Shown: in pieces, positions 29,532-41,100 of the stretch
How the letters are laid out: each line of letters begins with the position of its first letter
Numbering within the stretch: the first letter of the stretch is position 1
Origin: Gammaproteobacteria bacterium
Lineage (GTDB): Bacteria; Pseudomonadota; Gammaproteobacteria; Steroidobacterales; Steroidobacteraceae
Assembly: GCA_043769085.1 (NCBI GenBank)
Contig: JAYVJR010000047.1
Span: 10,389 to 74,388 of the forward strand
Direction of reading: 5' to 3'
Length of the DNA: 64,000 nt
The notes under the pieces: model-generated
The model's database searches: none
The model's input: only the letters and a program-made list of their open reading frames with translations
Told to the model about the DNA's origin: nothing
Made by a program: the position numbers and the translations under genes

Positions 29532-31207
29532 AAATTGAATTGCAAACCGACAAAGATCCGCGGCTTGCGATTGCCTTCCGACGCCACCAACTGATCGAGT
29601 GGATCGGCAAATTCAACGAACCCCTGCCAACGTCCGTCGGCGGACGTGAGTCGCATGCCGAGACCCCAGGAGGCCGCTCGATCAAGGGCCGCTTCGTTGA
29701 TGGGATCGTGACGACGGGCCTCGCCCCAATCACCAAATGCATAGGCCGAATACGCGGGACCATTGCGCAGCGGCACAACACTGGCGTAGCGCAGCTCTAT
29801 TTTTACGGCTTTGCCCTGATCTCCGGTCAATTCGGATGCATCATAGCCACGACCAAAGGGCTCGCCGCCGAAAGAAAACAGCTCGGGCGACAGCAGACTA
29901 TCGGAAGTTTTCTGCCATTGTGCCGCCGCTAACACCGACCAACCACCACCTAACGATTGTAATCGGGCGGCGTACAGTGTCATCTTGCTGAATGTGGCAT
30001 TGCCATTGAGCCGCGACAACGGCAATGCCGCGGTACCTGACATACGCGCGCTTAGTATGTCGAGTCCCCGCGTTCCTTCAAGGTCAAGCAGATTGACGCC
30101 ACGTGCCGCGTCGGTCCAGTCGACAGTCAGCCCGATGCTAACCGTGCGTACGCGATCCTGAGAGAGCTCCTCGCCTATCAACTCCGTACGGCCATCAAAC
30201 CCTCTTAGCGCCATGCGCAGAGCGACGTTGCGTGTGCGCGAACGCAGCAGTGGCAGGTTCGCTCCGAGCGTCAGTGCCTGGGCTTCGGTCTTGAGGTCAG
30301 GGCTCGCGAGGTTGGCCGCAATCCCGGGACGCGACTTGAGTGCCAGATATGACACCGAGCCGCTCGCGCCGCGCCCACCCACAGGTAGGCTGTACTGGGC
30401 GCTGCCATACTGCAATTCCCCATGCGGACTGAACCCGCCGCTGAGTTGCAATTGATCCCAATGCCCTAACACGCCGGCCAGAGAGACGTCGGCCAACACG
30501 CGCTGCGGGCCTAACGAGCGACTGTTACGACTGTTATATGCCGCTGTGGTGCGTAGCGCATTGCGTTGAACGTCGATCACGAGCTGCGCCGCCCCCGGCA
30601 TGGACGGCGATGGCAGCAGCGTACCGTGCGCCGTGGATCCGGCGAGATCATTAATCAGCAGCAACTGGCGTTCCAGCACCGCCGCTGTCAATGGTCGTGC
30701 AGCGCGCAGGGCATCGGCGTAACGCTCCAACCGTGAATTGTCCACAGGCATATCGCCGCGAAAAATCACACGATCGATAAATCCTTCAACGGCCAGCAGT
30801 CGCACGTGTCCGGACACTATCTCCTGTGCAGGCACTAATACCTGCGACAACAGATAGCCGTCACGGCGATAACGCGTCGTGAGTGCGTTGGCGAATCTGA
30901 ACAACTCCGCCACGGACATCTCGCGATTCAACAGATCGTGCGCCGCTGCCTGCAATTCTGCCGATGAATACACAGTCGCGCCGTCGAAGGCTATTGACTG
31001 CAACACGAAGCGCAGATTTTGCGCCTCCGGTGGCGCAACTTGCTCAGGAATGGCAGGCAATTGGCTGCGTTGCACCTCGGTCGGCGCGCGCAGTAGCTGC
31101 AATTCTCGTTGTATTTGCCCCGGCTCCAGACCTGCCGGAATGGTTACCTGCGCCACGACCGCGCCAATACTGGCAAAGTATCCCAACCCTAACAACAGAC
31201 ATTTCAC
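29528..31207 (-). CDS. ShlB/FhaC/HecB-family two-partner-secretion transporter (TpsB)
   Basis: Signal peptide, POTRA region (TTRYRRDGYLLSQVLVPAQEI..G.VRLLAVEGFIDRV) and a 16-strand-type barrel ending ...FVGLQFNL. Confidence 0.9.
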   Translation of the reverse strand: MKCLLLGLGYFASIGAVVAQVTIPAGLEPGQIQRELQLLRAPTEVQRSQLPAIPEQVAPPEAQNLRFVLQSIAFDGATVYSSAELQAAAHDLLNREMSVAELFRFANALTTRYRRDGYLLSQVLVPAQEIVSGHVRLLAVEGFIDRVIFRGDMPVDNSRLERYADALRAARPLTAAVLERQLLLINDLAGSTAHGTLLPSPSMPGAAQLVIDVQRNALRTTAAYNSRNSRSLGPQRVLADVSLAGVLGHWDQLQLSGGFSPHGELQYGSAQYSLPVGGRGASGSVSYLALKSRPGIAANLASPDLKTEAQALTLGANLPLLRSRTRNVALRMALRGFDGRTELIGEELSQDRVRTVSIGLTVDWTDAARGVNLLDLEGTRGLDILSARMSGTAALPLSRLNGNATFSKMTLYAARLQSLGGGWSVLAAAQWQKTSDSLLSPELFSFGGEPFGRGYDASELTGDQGKAVKIELRYASVVPLRNGPAYSAYAFGDWGEARRHDPINEAALDRAASWGLGMRLTSADGRWQGFVEFADPLDQLVASEGNRKPRIFVGLQFNL

Positions 31208-31749
31208 GGTGAATTCTCCGCTTGTCGCAATACTTCGACACGACGATTCTGCGATGCCTCGGGCGCGAGACCTGCCGCAGGTTGGCGGCTGCCTAAGCCA
31301 TTAATGATCATCAACCGGCCAGGAACGCCAAGCTCCACCAGTCGATCACGGACCGCTGCGGCGCGGCGCCTGGATAGCTCATCGTTGTAGGCCGGTTGCC
31401 CAAGGGCATCGGTATGACCGACGACTTGAATTTTGGCGGCCGGGTCCAGCGCGAGTATGCCGAGCGCCAGCGCCTGCAGTTGGGCCGTGGATTGTGCAGG
31501 CAACTCAGCCGAGTCGTAGGCAAAACCAACCTGCAGACTCAGCCCGTTCGAATTGCTCGTCGCGACATCAGCTACCCGCCGAATGGATCGTGTCTTCGTC
31601 GCTGGCTTCGGCGGTTGCAATTGTCGCACCACCTCATCGACTTCGAGTCGCTCGTCGGCGCGTACCACCTTGGGCTCCGCCGCGGACGCACCTATCGTGC
31701 GTGCCAGCAACACGATCAAGGACGTGAGGCTAACGACCGCGCGTGTCAT
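31204..31749 (-). CDS. OmpA-family peptidoglycan-binding protein
   Basis: OmpA_C block: VGFAYDSAEL...VVGHTDALGQPAYNDELSRRRAAAVRDRLV...NRRVEV. Start taken at MTRAVVSL; the ORF also allows 31773. Confidence 0.85.
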   Translation of the reverse strand: MTRAVVSLTSLIVLLARTIGASAAEPKVVRADERLEVDEVVRQLQPPKPATKTRSIRRVADVATSNSNGLSLQVGFAYDSAELPAQSTAQLQALALGILALDPAAKIQVVGHTDALGQPAYNDELSRRRAAAVRDRLVELGVPGRLMIINGLGSRQPAAGLAPEASQNRRVEVLRQAENSP

Positions 31750-33784
31750 CGCTGGAGCAACCGTTATCGGCATACGGTGTAGTGCATAGGTAGTCGCTCA
31801 CTCGACCATCGGTTGCATCGCCGTTGGTCGCGGGAGCGATTACGTGCTGGTTATTGGTAAAGACATCCGGACTGGCCCCGGCGACGCTACCGCTGCGTCC
31901 CAGATCCGCTGTGCGTCCGACACCCGGTCCGCCGGCTAACACGGTTGCGGCTGGCCCATTGTCGGTTCTATCACCTGCGGTTGGACGGGTCGACTCCGCG
32001 ACGTTCGGCGACTCGGCTCCGAGCGGCGGATCTCCCGGTGTGGGTGTGGGTGTCGGTGTGGGTGTGGGTGTGGGTGTGGGTGTGGGCGGTGCCGGCGGTG
32101 GTGGTGGTGTCAATACCACCGCGATCGATGTCAAGGGATCGCTCGCACTGCCCGCGAGATTGGTCGGCACCCCGCCACTGGGTCGCACGGTACCGACCGG
32201 AGTTTCAGTCAAAAACGCAAAGACGTTAGGCCCCGGCAGGGAGTTTTCATAGCCGTTGTTCGCATACGCGTGAAATAGCAGCGGCGCCTCCGTACGTCGT
32301 TGCGATAATCCGTCTTCGGTTACATAACTGCGCACCGTTGATCCAGGTGTCGAGTCTGAAATCAGACGTTGTTGTCCTTCGGTCAGTTGATTTTGCGAAT
32401 TGCGCAAATCGATAGACACAGCGGACGCGAGTGACAAAGTCCGTCCGACTATAGCGATGAATCCCGCCGGTTGACTATTCGCGCTGCGTGCAATCAAGTT
32501 GGCGGTGGCTGCCAGCGTTACCTGGCCCGCATCCGATAGCACTTCGATGATGCCAGCCTGCCTGCCAGTGCCCGCGGACACATTGAGCTCACCGCCAACC
32601 GCAGTGCCTTGAGTCGACACGACGCTGACGAAACCGCCCTGACCGCTACCACCACTGGCATCAGCGGCGCACGCCACTGTGCCGCAGGCGCGCACCTGAG
32701 CCCCCGCATCGATCTGCACCAGATCCGTATTGAGCGGTGAGCTACCTAACGGCCAACGGCCGCCGACGCTGATATTGCCGCCGCCACCGCCACCATTGGC
32801 CAACAATTGGGCCGTCGAAGTCAGAGTGACGTTATTACCGACGAGCGCGAGGTCGCCGGCACGATCAGCCGTAGTGACGCCACTCGCATTGAGCGTACCG
32901 CTTACGCGAATACCGCCGGACGCTAGCAATCGGATACTGCCGCGCTGGCCGTTCGATGCGGTCTGCGCGCGCACCACGCCCGTCAGATTAATCGCCTGAT
33001 CCATGACCGCGCTTGCTGCGGGAACAGAGAGCAGCAGAATCCGACCACCATCTGCTAACAACTGACCGCCAACGTCGAGCTGGATTCGGCTCGGGGCGCC
33101 CGTCGTATCAAGAACTGTAGCACTCAGGGAGTCGGGTGTGGCCAGTCGGATCAGACCATCGCCAAACAGATCCAGCGTAAAATAGCGGGCCGATCCCAAA
33201 GTGATTTTTCCCAGCCGCGCGGTGATCGTGCCTGAATTGCGCACCGACGGCGCAACCAGTGCGACCAGCCCGCCGTCTGCGACCGTGATCGTACCAGCAT
33301 TGCTGATCGTGGCCGTGTTAGCCGCTGTTGTTAGTTCGTTAAATGCGTAACGACCCAACGCCGACGCCGGATCCGCCATGAATGCGTCATTACCAATATT
33401 GGCCGTGCTCGCCACAAAACTTGCTGCATCGATTCGTGCGCTATTGCCGATGACGATGCCGTTCGGGTTGACGAGGTAAACCTGGCCATTGGCGCTGAGC
33501 GTGCCTTGCAGCGAAGAAAACTGGCTACCGGTCACTCGATTAAGCAGCGCGGCCTGGGCATTCGGTTGAACAAACAGCACACGCTCAGTCGGCCCGATGT
33601 CAAAGGAGCGCCAGTCGATGACGGCACGCGCACTGGTTTGTGTGACCGTGGTGCTGCCCGGAGTGCCTTGTATGGTTGCGCTCCCAGCGCGGACGACTCC
33701 GTTGACCGGGTCAGCGAACGCCGTTGTCCCGACAACGCCGCTGGCGAGCACCGCCGGAATCAGCGAGCTCCAGCGTCTCGTCAT
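31730..33784 (-). CDS. Short TpsA exoprotein with filamentous-haemagglutinin N-terminal (TPS) domain and a Thr-Pro linker
   Basis: TPS domain motifs (IDWRSFDIG, LNRVTG, LSANGQVYLVNPNGIVIG), Gly-rich beta-helix repeats, then PPPPPAPPTPTPTPTPTPTPTPTPG. No toxin-like C-terminus recognised. Confidence 0.88.
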   Translation of the reverse strand: MTRRWSSLIPAVLASGVVGTTAFADPVNGVVRAGSATIQGTPGSTTVTQTSARAVIDWRSFDIGPTERVLFVQPNAQAALLNRVTGSQFSSLQGTLSANGQVYLVNPNGIVIGNSARIDAASFVASTANIGNDAFMADPASALGRYAFNELTTAANTATISNAGTITVADGGLVALVAPSVRNSGTITARLGKITLGSARYFTLDLFGDGLIRLATPDSLSATVLDTTGAPSRIQLDVGGQLLADGGRILLLSVPAASAVMDQAINLTGVVRAQTASNGQRGSIRLLASGGIRVSGTLNASGVTTADRAGDLALVGNNVTLTSTAQLLANGGGGGGNISVGGRWPLGSSPLNTDLVQIDAGAQVRACGTVACAADASGGSGQGGFVSVVSTQGTAVGGELNVSAGTGRQAGIIEVLSDAGQVTLAATANLIARSANSQPAGFIAIVGRTLSLASAVSIDLRNSQNQLTEGQQRLISDSTPGSTVRSYVTEDGLSQRRTEAPLLFHAYANNGYENSLPGPNVFAFLTETPVGTVRPSGGVPTNLAGSASDPLTSIAVVLTPPPPPAPPTPTPTPTPTPTPTPTPGDPPLGAESPNVAESTRPTAGDRTDNGPAATVLAGGPGVGRTADLGRSGSVAGASPDVFTNNQHVIAPATNGDATDGRVSDYLCTTPYADNGCSSDDTRGR
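32037..32096. repeat. (GGTGTG)n hexanucleotide microsatellite, about 9 units, coding the (Thr-Pro)n linker of TpsA
   Basis: Read directly: gtgtgggtgtgggtgtcggtgtgggtgtgggtgtgggtgtgggtgtggg. In frame, so unit gain or loss keeps the reading frame. Confidence 0.9.
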
Positions 33785-33804
33785 GCCGCGGGTCGCGACA
33801 GCCT

Positions 33805-34923
33805 TCACCGATGTACCAAAGTAATCGTGACCTGACGCGCGGCCAGACTGCCGCTCGCCATTTCAGCGGGCGCAACCGCATCCAGCGCGAAGCTCGTGCC
33901 ATCTTCAACGTCGACTTTGCGTATCGACCGCGTTTTGGTTTTGAGACCGCGCGTTGCCGGGCGACCGCAATTACCGAGATTGAGCGACGCAGGGGTCGGC
34001 ACCGCATTAGGAGCGTTAGGATATTCCGCGTTAGGCATACCAGCGCTACCGACCTTGACGATACTGCGCGTCGCCGTCATCAGGGCCGAGTTTGCACAAG
34101 GCTGCAGCTCCAAAATCAGCACTTCATTGCCCGGTTCGTCTGCAAATTCGTAGGGTCCCAATGATTCAAGACCGCCGCCACCTGACTGCGTGCTATCGAT
34201 TTGTGTCGTCCGACCACGCCCATCGGTATTAAATACGCGGATGAGGCCCGGCAGACTCGGTCGGTAATGCACCATGAAACGCTCGCCGCCGCGAAATGTA
34301 TGATTCTGCGGATCGATCCGTTGACTCACGCCTCCCGGTGACAGCGTATGGATTTCGTAGGCAATCCCCGCATAGACATCGCCATTGTTAGGAAAGCCGA
34401 TGTCTGCTGCGCCGCCGGCAGCGCCCGGCATCGGGTAAGAATCGGTACCGGGATACGAGTCCTGGCCCGGGTAGCCATTGGCGCCAGGGTAGGTGTCCGG
34501 TGCGCCCCCAGGCATGCCCGGTTGGGGTGCTGCCGACGAATCAGGCGCTGATTCGTAGTTGGGATAGGGGGCAGGCATCGGTGCAGTCGCACCAGTCGCA
34601 CTGGGATACGCGAACTCAGCCGAACGTGTTGTTGACTTGCGACCCAGCCATTGGGTAATTGCGCCATTCATACCTTGTGACAAAGAGCTCGCAAGCGCAA
34701 CTCCTGAACTCTGAACAACCGTCGCCAAAGTCGCAGCAAACAGGTCACGCATGCGAAAACGCTGCGGTGAATTTTGGGCGGGCGCCGGAGAATTCGTAGC
34801 GTAGCCAGGGTGTGCGGCGGGATACGCCGGGGTTCCGGGCGACTGTGCACCAGCGATGGTTGTCCCACCAATGCTCAGCATCAGGAGTCCCCAACTTTTC
34901 CAACGGTGATTTCGGCGCGCCAT
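33805..34923 (-). CDS. Secreted Pro/Tyr/Gly-rich protein with DUF4384-like C-terminal domain (tentative)
   Basis: Start MARRNHRWKSWGLLMLSIGG, 7 nt after GAAGGAGA. Low-complexity YPG repeats. The C-terminal beta-rich domain is called DUF4384-like from memory only. Confidence 0.7.
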   Translation of the reverse strand: MARRNHRWKSWGLLMLSIGGTTIAGAQSPGTPAYPAAHPGYATNSPAPAQNSPQRFRMRDLFAATLATVVQSSGVALASSLSQGMNGAITQWLGRKSTTRSAEFAYPSATGATAPMPAPYPNYESAPDSSAAPQPGMPGGAPDTYPGANGYPGQDSYPGTDSYPMPGAAGGAADIGFPNNGDVYAGIAYEIHTLSPGGVSQRIDPQNHTFRGGERFMVHYRPSLPGLIRVFNTDGRGRTTQIDSTQSGGGGLESLGPYEFADEPGNEVLILELQPCANSALMTATRSIVKVGSAGMPNAEYPNAPNAVPTPASLNLGNCGRPATRGLKTKTRSIRKVDVEDGTSFALDAVAPAEMASGSLAARQVTITLVHR

Positions 34924-34974
34924 GAACATTCTCCTTCGCAGCCCGCTGGCAATAACGGGCTTTCTAACCAGACA

Positions 34975-35000
34975 AACAGTAAAACTTAGCCGTAACGGCC
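34975..35000 (-). promoter_or_regulatory. Candidate shared promoter, copy D: GGCCG-N16-CTGTT
   Basis: On the gene strand: GGCCGTTACGGCTAAGTTTTACTGTT, about 50 nt upstream of the first gene of the TPS/caspase operon. Confidence 0.45.
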
Positions 35001-35079
35001 AAGAGCTTCCAAAATTTTGAACTTGCCCATCGGCTGCGCAACGCGCAAATTCGCAGGCGTCGCCCACTAAGGTCGTGCC

Positions 35080-38019
35080 ATGCCGCCTGCTCCTTGGGAT
35101 CGGATTCAGTCCCTGTTCGATGAATTGACCGCACTGCCCGCGGCGGAACGGGCGGTCCGACTGCACGCCCTGCGCAGCGAAGACCCGTCGCTCTGTGCCG
35201 AACTGGAATCTCTGCTGCGCGCCCACGAGGAACCTGGCGGTCCGCTCGATGCGCCGCCCGTTTTCAATATCATTGGTGGCACCGAGGCAACGACCGACGA
35301 CAGGTTAGCGGCCGGCCTGCGAATAGGACCCTATCAGCTGGTGCGGCTGTTAGGAGAAGGCGGGATGGGTTCCGTGTGGCTCGCTGAGCGAGTCGACGGC
35401 CGGTTGAAACGCAGTGTCGCGCTCAAACTGCCCAAGTGGACCTGGACGCTGCGCGATGTGAACACTCGACTGGCGCGCGAGCGCGATATTTTGGCACGCC
35501 TGGAACACGCCGGTATCGCGCGGCTATACGACGCGGGCGTCGATGAGCTGGGCCGTCCGTATCTTGCAATGGAGTACGTACAGGGCGAGCCCATCGATCA
35601 ATACTGCAACTCGCGCGCGCTGACGGTTGTCGAACGCCTGCAACTCGTTCTGCAGGTCGCGCGAGCAGTGGCCTATGCTCATTCCCGCCTGATCGTGCAT
35701 CGCGACTTGAAGCCCAGCAACATCCTGGTGTCGGACGATGGCACAATTCGGTTGCTGGATTTCGGCATTGCCACATTATTGCAGGCGGATGACGATCTGG
35801 CCTCGCGCATCACCCAAGCAGGCAGTCGTGTCTTTACTCTCGACTACGCGGCCCCGGAACAAATTAAAGGCGAGTCGATCGGCACACCGACCGATGTATA
35901 CGCCTTGGGTTGTGTGTTGTATGCACTAGTCGCAGTTGCATCACCCTATCCAATCCCGCGCCGTAGTCCTGCTGCACTGGAGGACGCGATCGTCACGGGC
36001 AATACGCTGTTAGCCAGTGATGCTTGTCAAAACCCGGCGATCGCACGTCAGTTGCGTGGCGACCTGGATGCAATACTTAATAAGGCGATCAAGAAAAACC
36101 CCGAAGATCGGTACGCGTCCATTGATGCGTTCGCCGCTGACCTTACGCGTTTTTTACGCCATGAAACTATTGTCGCCCGGCCCGACAGCCGCTGGTACCG
36201 ATTTAGAAAGTTCGCCCGACGCAATCGTGTGGGCCTTGGTGCGGCTGGAGTTGCAGCCATAGCAGTTTTAGGTGGCGCTGGCGTTTCGTTGTGGCAAGCG
36301 CGCATTGCAACCGCCGAGGCCACACGGGCGAATGCGACCAATGCCTTTGTACTTTCACTGTTCCGTGACGCCAGTCCTTCCAGTGGTGGTGGCGCGGAAC
36401 TACGCGTCGTTGATCTGCTACAGCAGGCACTGCCACGCATCGAGCGCGAGTTTCGCAACGAGCCTGAGCAACAATTAGAGCTGTACCTCACTGTCGGGCT
36501 TAGTCTCAATGAACTGAATTCTTATGCGTCCAGCTTGGCGACGTTTGATCGGACTGCGAAACTGGCGCAGCGTCAACAGCTAACAGGAACAGATGCCGCG
36601 TTGCGCGCGCGCATTGGCGAGGCGAACGCCTTAGTCGCGACCGACAAACTTGATGCAGCCGCCCAGATTTTGGACAGCACTGAGCAGACTCTGCGACAGC
36701 GGCCACCATCGCTGTTGCTCGCCCATCTCTGGTCGACACGGGCTTATTTACATTTGAATCGCAACGATCCCCAAGCGGCCGTTAAATCGGACTCAGCAGC
36801 GACGGACTTAATTAAAAAACTGCTCGGTCCGCAGAATTTGGAATACTGGTTTCAACGTCGCGAGCTGGCTCGTGCGCAATGGCATGCCGATCAATGCGAC
36901 GCTGCCATTGCCAATGCCGACGAAATCCTGACGCAACTGCCTGCCTTACTGGGGTCAGACAGACACCCAGAAATCGCGGTCGTGCGCAGTGTCCGAGCGC
37001 GCTGTCTGTCGGAAACGCAGCGTGTTCAGGAGGCGCGTGCCGAGTTTGAACGCAATGAGCCCTTGATCCGCGCCGCTTTTGGCGCAGGGTCGAAAGACTA
37101 TGCCATTGAGATATTGTCCCACGCAGAGACCGAACGCCGAGCCGGCGCATCGGCGGCGGCCGTCAATCGATTCATACGCGGCAACGCCATTTTGGACGCC
37201 AACCACGTTACCGGCTATACGCGCATGGGGGCCGAAGCTGGACTGACGTTAACATTGTTGCAGAACCGGCAACTCGCGGCGGCGGCCTTGTCGGCCGACA
37301 GGTGGCGTCAATTTGCTATCGACAATTCAGGCCCGAAGGATCGCCAAGTTCGTATTGCGTCTTTTTTTGCCTTGTTTGCCCGAGCCCTCAGCGGCGAGCA
37401 ACCCGGCGCTCGGACACAATTAGAACGCATGCTGCAAATCATGCATGAGCAGCAAGACGGTTTTGTGATGCGCCCCCAAACGTTGTTAGGCTGGTATCAC
37501 GTGTTGCAACGAGCGCCCGATCTGGCTGAACAGGAACTAACGGCAGCGTTACCAGTTCTCGAGGCCCGCGGCGTCAATGATCAAACTTACATCCCGCTGG
37601 CTCATCTCTGGGCCGGTGTCGCCAGTCTCGACAGAGGTGATCTGACTCGAGCGCGAAAATCGTTAGATAGAGCGCTCGCCGAAAACATGAAGATGTATTT
37701 CGAAGTGACGCCGGAACGCGCCGACCTCTGGGTTGCACTGGCGCGCTTGAACTTGCTATCCGGGGACAACGCGGCTGCACTGACATGGTCGTTGCAAGCA
37801 ATTGCTTTTTGGCAGCAGCAAGATCCCAAAAGCCGCTGGTCGGGCGAAGCCGCCTACTGGCACGCCATGGCGCTGGATGCCAACGGTCGCCACAAAGACG
37901 CAGCGCTCAAGCTAAATGATGCGCTGATCTTGTTGCGGCAGTCATCCTTCCCGATAGATCGCAAGTGGACGGCCGAAGCGCAATCGCTCCTGAAGTCCGG
38001 GAAAATGTACAAGCGCTAG
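35080..38019 (+). CDS. Receptor Ser/Thr protein kinase with a single TM helix and extracytoplasmic TPR domain
   Basis: Hanks kinase motifs (GEGGMGSVW, VALK, HRDLKPSNIL, DFGIA, APEQ). TM helix GLGAAGVAAIAVLGGAGVSLW. About 550 aa of TPR-like helices. Confidence 0.92.
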   Translation: MPPAPWDRIQSLFDELTALPAAERAVRLHALRSEDPSLCAELESLLRAHEEPGGPLDAPPVFNIIGGTEATTDDRLAAGLRIGPYQLVRLLGEGGMGSVWLAERVDGRLKRSVALKLPKWTWTLRDVNTRLARERDILARLEHAGIARLYDAGVDELGRPYLAMEYVQGEPIDQYCNSRALTVVERLQLVLQVARAVAYAHSRLIVHRDLKPSNILVSDDGTIRLLDFGIATLLQADDDLASRITQAGSRVFTLDYAAPEQIKGESIGTPTDVYALGCVLYALVAVASPYPIPRRSPAALEDAIVTGNTLLASDACQNPAIARQLRGDLDAILNKAIKKNPEDRYASIDAFAADLTRFLRHETIVARPDSRWYRFRKFARRNRVGLGAAGVAAIAVLGGAGVSLWQARIATAEATRANATNAFVLSLFRDASPSSGGGAELRVVDLLQQALPRIEREFRNEPEQQLELYLTVGLSLNELNSYASSLATFDRTAKLAQRQQLTGTDAALRARIGEANALVATDKLDAAAQILDSTEQTLRQRPPSLLLAHLWSTRAYLHLNRNDPQAAVKSDSAATDLIKKLLGPQNLEYWFQRRELARAQWHADQCDAAIANADEILTQLPALLGSDRHPEIAVVRSVRARCLSETQRVQEARAEFERNEPLIRAAFGAGSKDYAIEILSHAETERRAGASAAAVNRFIRGNAILDANHVTGYTRMGAEAGLTLTLLQNRQLAAAALSADRWRQFAIDNSGPKDRQVRIASFFALFARALSGEQPGARTQLERMLQIMHEQQDGFVMRPQTLLGWYHVLQRAPDLAEQELTAALPVLEARGVNDQTYIPLAHLWAGVASLDRGDLTRARKSLDRALAENMKMYFEVTPERADLWVALARLNLLSGDNAAALTWSLQAIAFWQQQDPKSRWSGEAAYWHAMALDANGRHKDAALKLNDALILLRQSSFPIDRKWTAEAQSLLKSGKMYKR

Positions 38020-38116
38020 CAGGCTATTGAACCGCAATGATTGCGTGTGCAGATAGCGGTTTCTGGATCGTGAGCGCCTTGGCCATTGATATCAGGAGCT
38101 GCCGTTCGCTACCGGA

Positions 38117-41100
38117 TCAATCCAGTTGTTCAGGGATCTGGCGCATTTTCGTCAAGTCCGCGTTAGGCAACATCGCTTGTTTCTGCGCCCGCCGCAGCGG
38201 CTCGAGGTACTGCCTGCCGAGCTGTGAGTGTTGGCGTGCAATTGCATTGGCATCAATAACCAGTCGTCTCGCGTCCTCGATCCGCCCGGCTTCTGCAAGT
38301 GCTTCTGCAAGCGCCACGCTGGCCTGCAGAACAAGGGGACTTTTTCGGGACAAGTGGGCCCGCCGCCAATCGAGCGCTGTTCGCAGAATGGGCACTGCTA
38401 GATCGGCGCGACGTTGATGCGTGTAGAGCCGACCAAGGAGAACCATACGCTCATACTCGAGCATCTGGAAAAAAGCGGCTTCATTCGCGCCTATTATCGC
38501 CAGCGAGGGTGTTTGGAGCAGCGGCGCGGCAGCGAAGAAGTCAGTATTTTCTATCATAGCTCGAGCGCGTTGTATGCGAAGACTTTGCGCTAGATGCTTG
38601 TCCCGCCATGCCGTAGGCTCCCTGACTGCAGCTTCCTGGGCGGCTTTTTCTGCTGTGTCAATCGTGGCAATCGATTCCTCGATAGCCCCTTGAGCCAATA
38701 GGTTTTCGGCTCGAAAAAGCAGTAGATGCGATGTCAATACTGGTTGCCCTACTTTGTTGGAAATCTCTTCGGCTTGAGCCAGCGCCGAATCGGCTTCTTT
38801 GAAGCGACCCAGCATAGTGAGTTGGGGCGCCATAGCTAACAACATGTTAGCATGTTGTTTGGTATTTGGTCTTGTCTTTTCGCGCACAGAGATCGCACGC
38901 CTGCTGAGTTTTAGTGCCGCGTCTGGTTCACCCCAGAGAAACAAGGCTCTGCCCAGGTCCGTTCTGATTGTTGGCAAATGGAATGACTCATTGTCGCCGC
39001 TCTTGGCCACTGCGAGCGCCTCAGCACTGCGCAACATGTCGATAGCTTGACGGAACTTGGATACGACCCGCAGGAACCCGCCGTAACGAAGTTGTGTTTG
39101 TAGCGTATCGACATGGTCGGGGCCGTTGATCCTCCGTGCAATCTCAAGCCCTCTGCGGTAATTCTGTTCAGCAGGCACCTCCATCCACAGGGAGCGCTGT
39201 GCGTCAGCCAGCATCACAATGTTTTGAACGCGAAAAGCTTCCGGCGTACCAAGTCTTTCCTGCGTTTTTACCGCCAAGCGATACATTTGTTCCGACAAAT
39301 TGTGGTGCAAAGCGTCGCTTTCGGCGAGGCCGGCTCCAAGCAGGGCGTTGGCATAGTCCGGATCGTTAGGATAGCGATCCCGGAACAGCGCCACTGCCCG
39401 GTGCACGAGGAATAGCGCCTGCTTGAGATCCGTGCTGCGCCAGTACTCGCCAAGCCGGATATCCAGTCGTGCTCGATCCAGACTAACAAGATCATTCCGT
39501 GACTTCAGTAACGCGTCCGCCTCAGACAGTGGACCCATCGCGTTCTTCCAGCCTTCGGCGTCATAAAGCGCACCACCATATTTTTGAAGTGCGTCGATCA
39601 CGCGCGGATCATCGCGAGCAAAACTGCGCTTAGCCAGATCCAGACGACTCTTAAACAGGATGACGCTGGTATCGATAGCACCCATTTCCGAATAGAGAGA
39701 TCCGACCGTATTTAGAAGATCGTCATGGGTGACTGGATCGGATGTCTTCATGGATATCAGACGCTGAGCCGCGCGATCAAGTAGTTGCAGCGCCGTGGTG
39801 TTCTGTGCTTTCAGAGGGTCAACTTGCTGGCGGCTGTTCGAATTAAAAATGTCGAGCAGAAAATCTTTCACAAACGCCGCTTTCGTGGCCTCTGCGTTAG
39901 CAATGCGCGTTTGCGCCTCCGCGCGGCGTGATTGCTGCCCGGCCTGATCTGCCTGCCAAATAGCAGTGGCCAGACCCACTGCCAGAGACACAAAAACCAG
40001 ACAAGCGGCGACCACGGCCCAACGATAGCGCCGCAAAAAAGTGCCGAGGACGTACATTCCCACCCGTTCGCGCGCTGCGACCGGCATATGCTGTTGGTGA
40101 CTAACGAGGTCCTGTCGCAATTCATCGACCGTTGCATAGCGATGCGCCGGCTCTTTGCGCAGGCACTTCGCAACGATCGCATCCAGATCTCCTTGCAGCA
40201 GGCGCGCTGCAACCGGCGGCGCATCCCTGTCACGCGCAACTCGGCTGGGTGCCGGTGGTACGTCGTGAACAATTAGACGCACCATGCGTGATAGCGCCAT
40301 GCCCGCACTCGCCCAGGGACGGCGATCTGTTAGCAACTCGAACAGCAGCACACCAAGTGCGTAGACGTCTGTCGCTGTAGTTACCAACTCGCCGGTCAAC
40401 TGCTCTGGCGCTGCATAATCAGGCGTGAAGGGTGCTCGGGTTAGATCACCCTGATGCCAATTCTCCGGATCCAGTTGTTTGGCAATACCGAAATCAAGCA
40501 GTTTTACGCGGCCCTCAGGCGTCACAAGGATGTTCCCAGACTTCAGGTCACGATGAACAATCAGATTGCGGTGCGCATAGGCAACGACTTCGCAGACCTG
40601 AGAGAAAAGTGTCAGGCGTTCTTCCAAGTTTGAGCTGCGTGCGCGACAATGCTCGATTAACGGCACGCCAGCCACATATTCAACAACGGCGTACGGGCGT
40701 CCATCCGTCGCGAGCCCGCCGTCGAGCAGCCGTGCGATGCCCGCATGATCGAGTCGCGCAAGAATTTGCCGCTCAACATTAAAACGCGCCACCTGGCTCG
40801 CCGCCTCTGGTCGCAGCAACTTGATGGCCACCTGCTGTTCGAACGCGCCATCGGCTCGATGAGCCAGGTACACATCACCGGACCCGCCATGACCGATCAA
40901 TTCGCCGATTGCCCAAGTACCAATGCGAGTACCTGCGGCAAGCCGCGGCGTGCCATCCGTGGAATCGACTCCGAACTCGGGTGGCGAATCGAGCGGGCCT
41001 GTTGTTGTACCATGCGCCGTTAGCAGCGAGCGCAACTCCGCATGCAGTGGTGCATCGGCACCGCAAGCGCGAGCCAGGAAGACACTGCGCTGCGACTCGG

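Noticed and set aside
32037-32096. The regular short repeat array was considered as a possible CRISPR or other non-coding array.
   Set aside because: The unit is only 6 nt with no spacers. It lies in frame inside the TpsA ORF, where it encodes (Thr-Pro)n.
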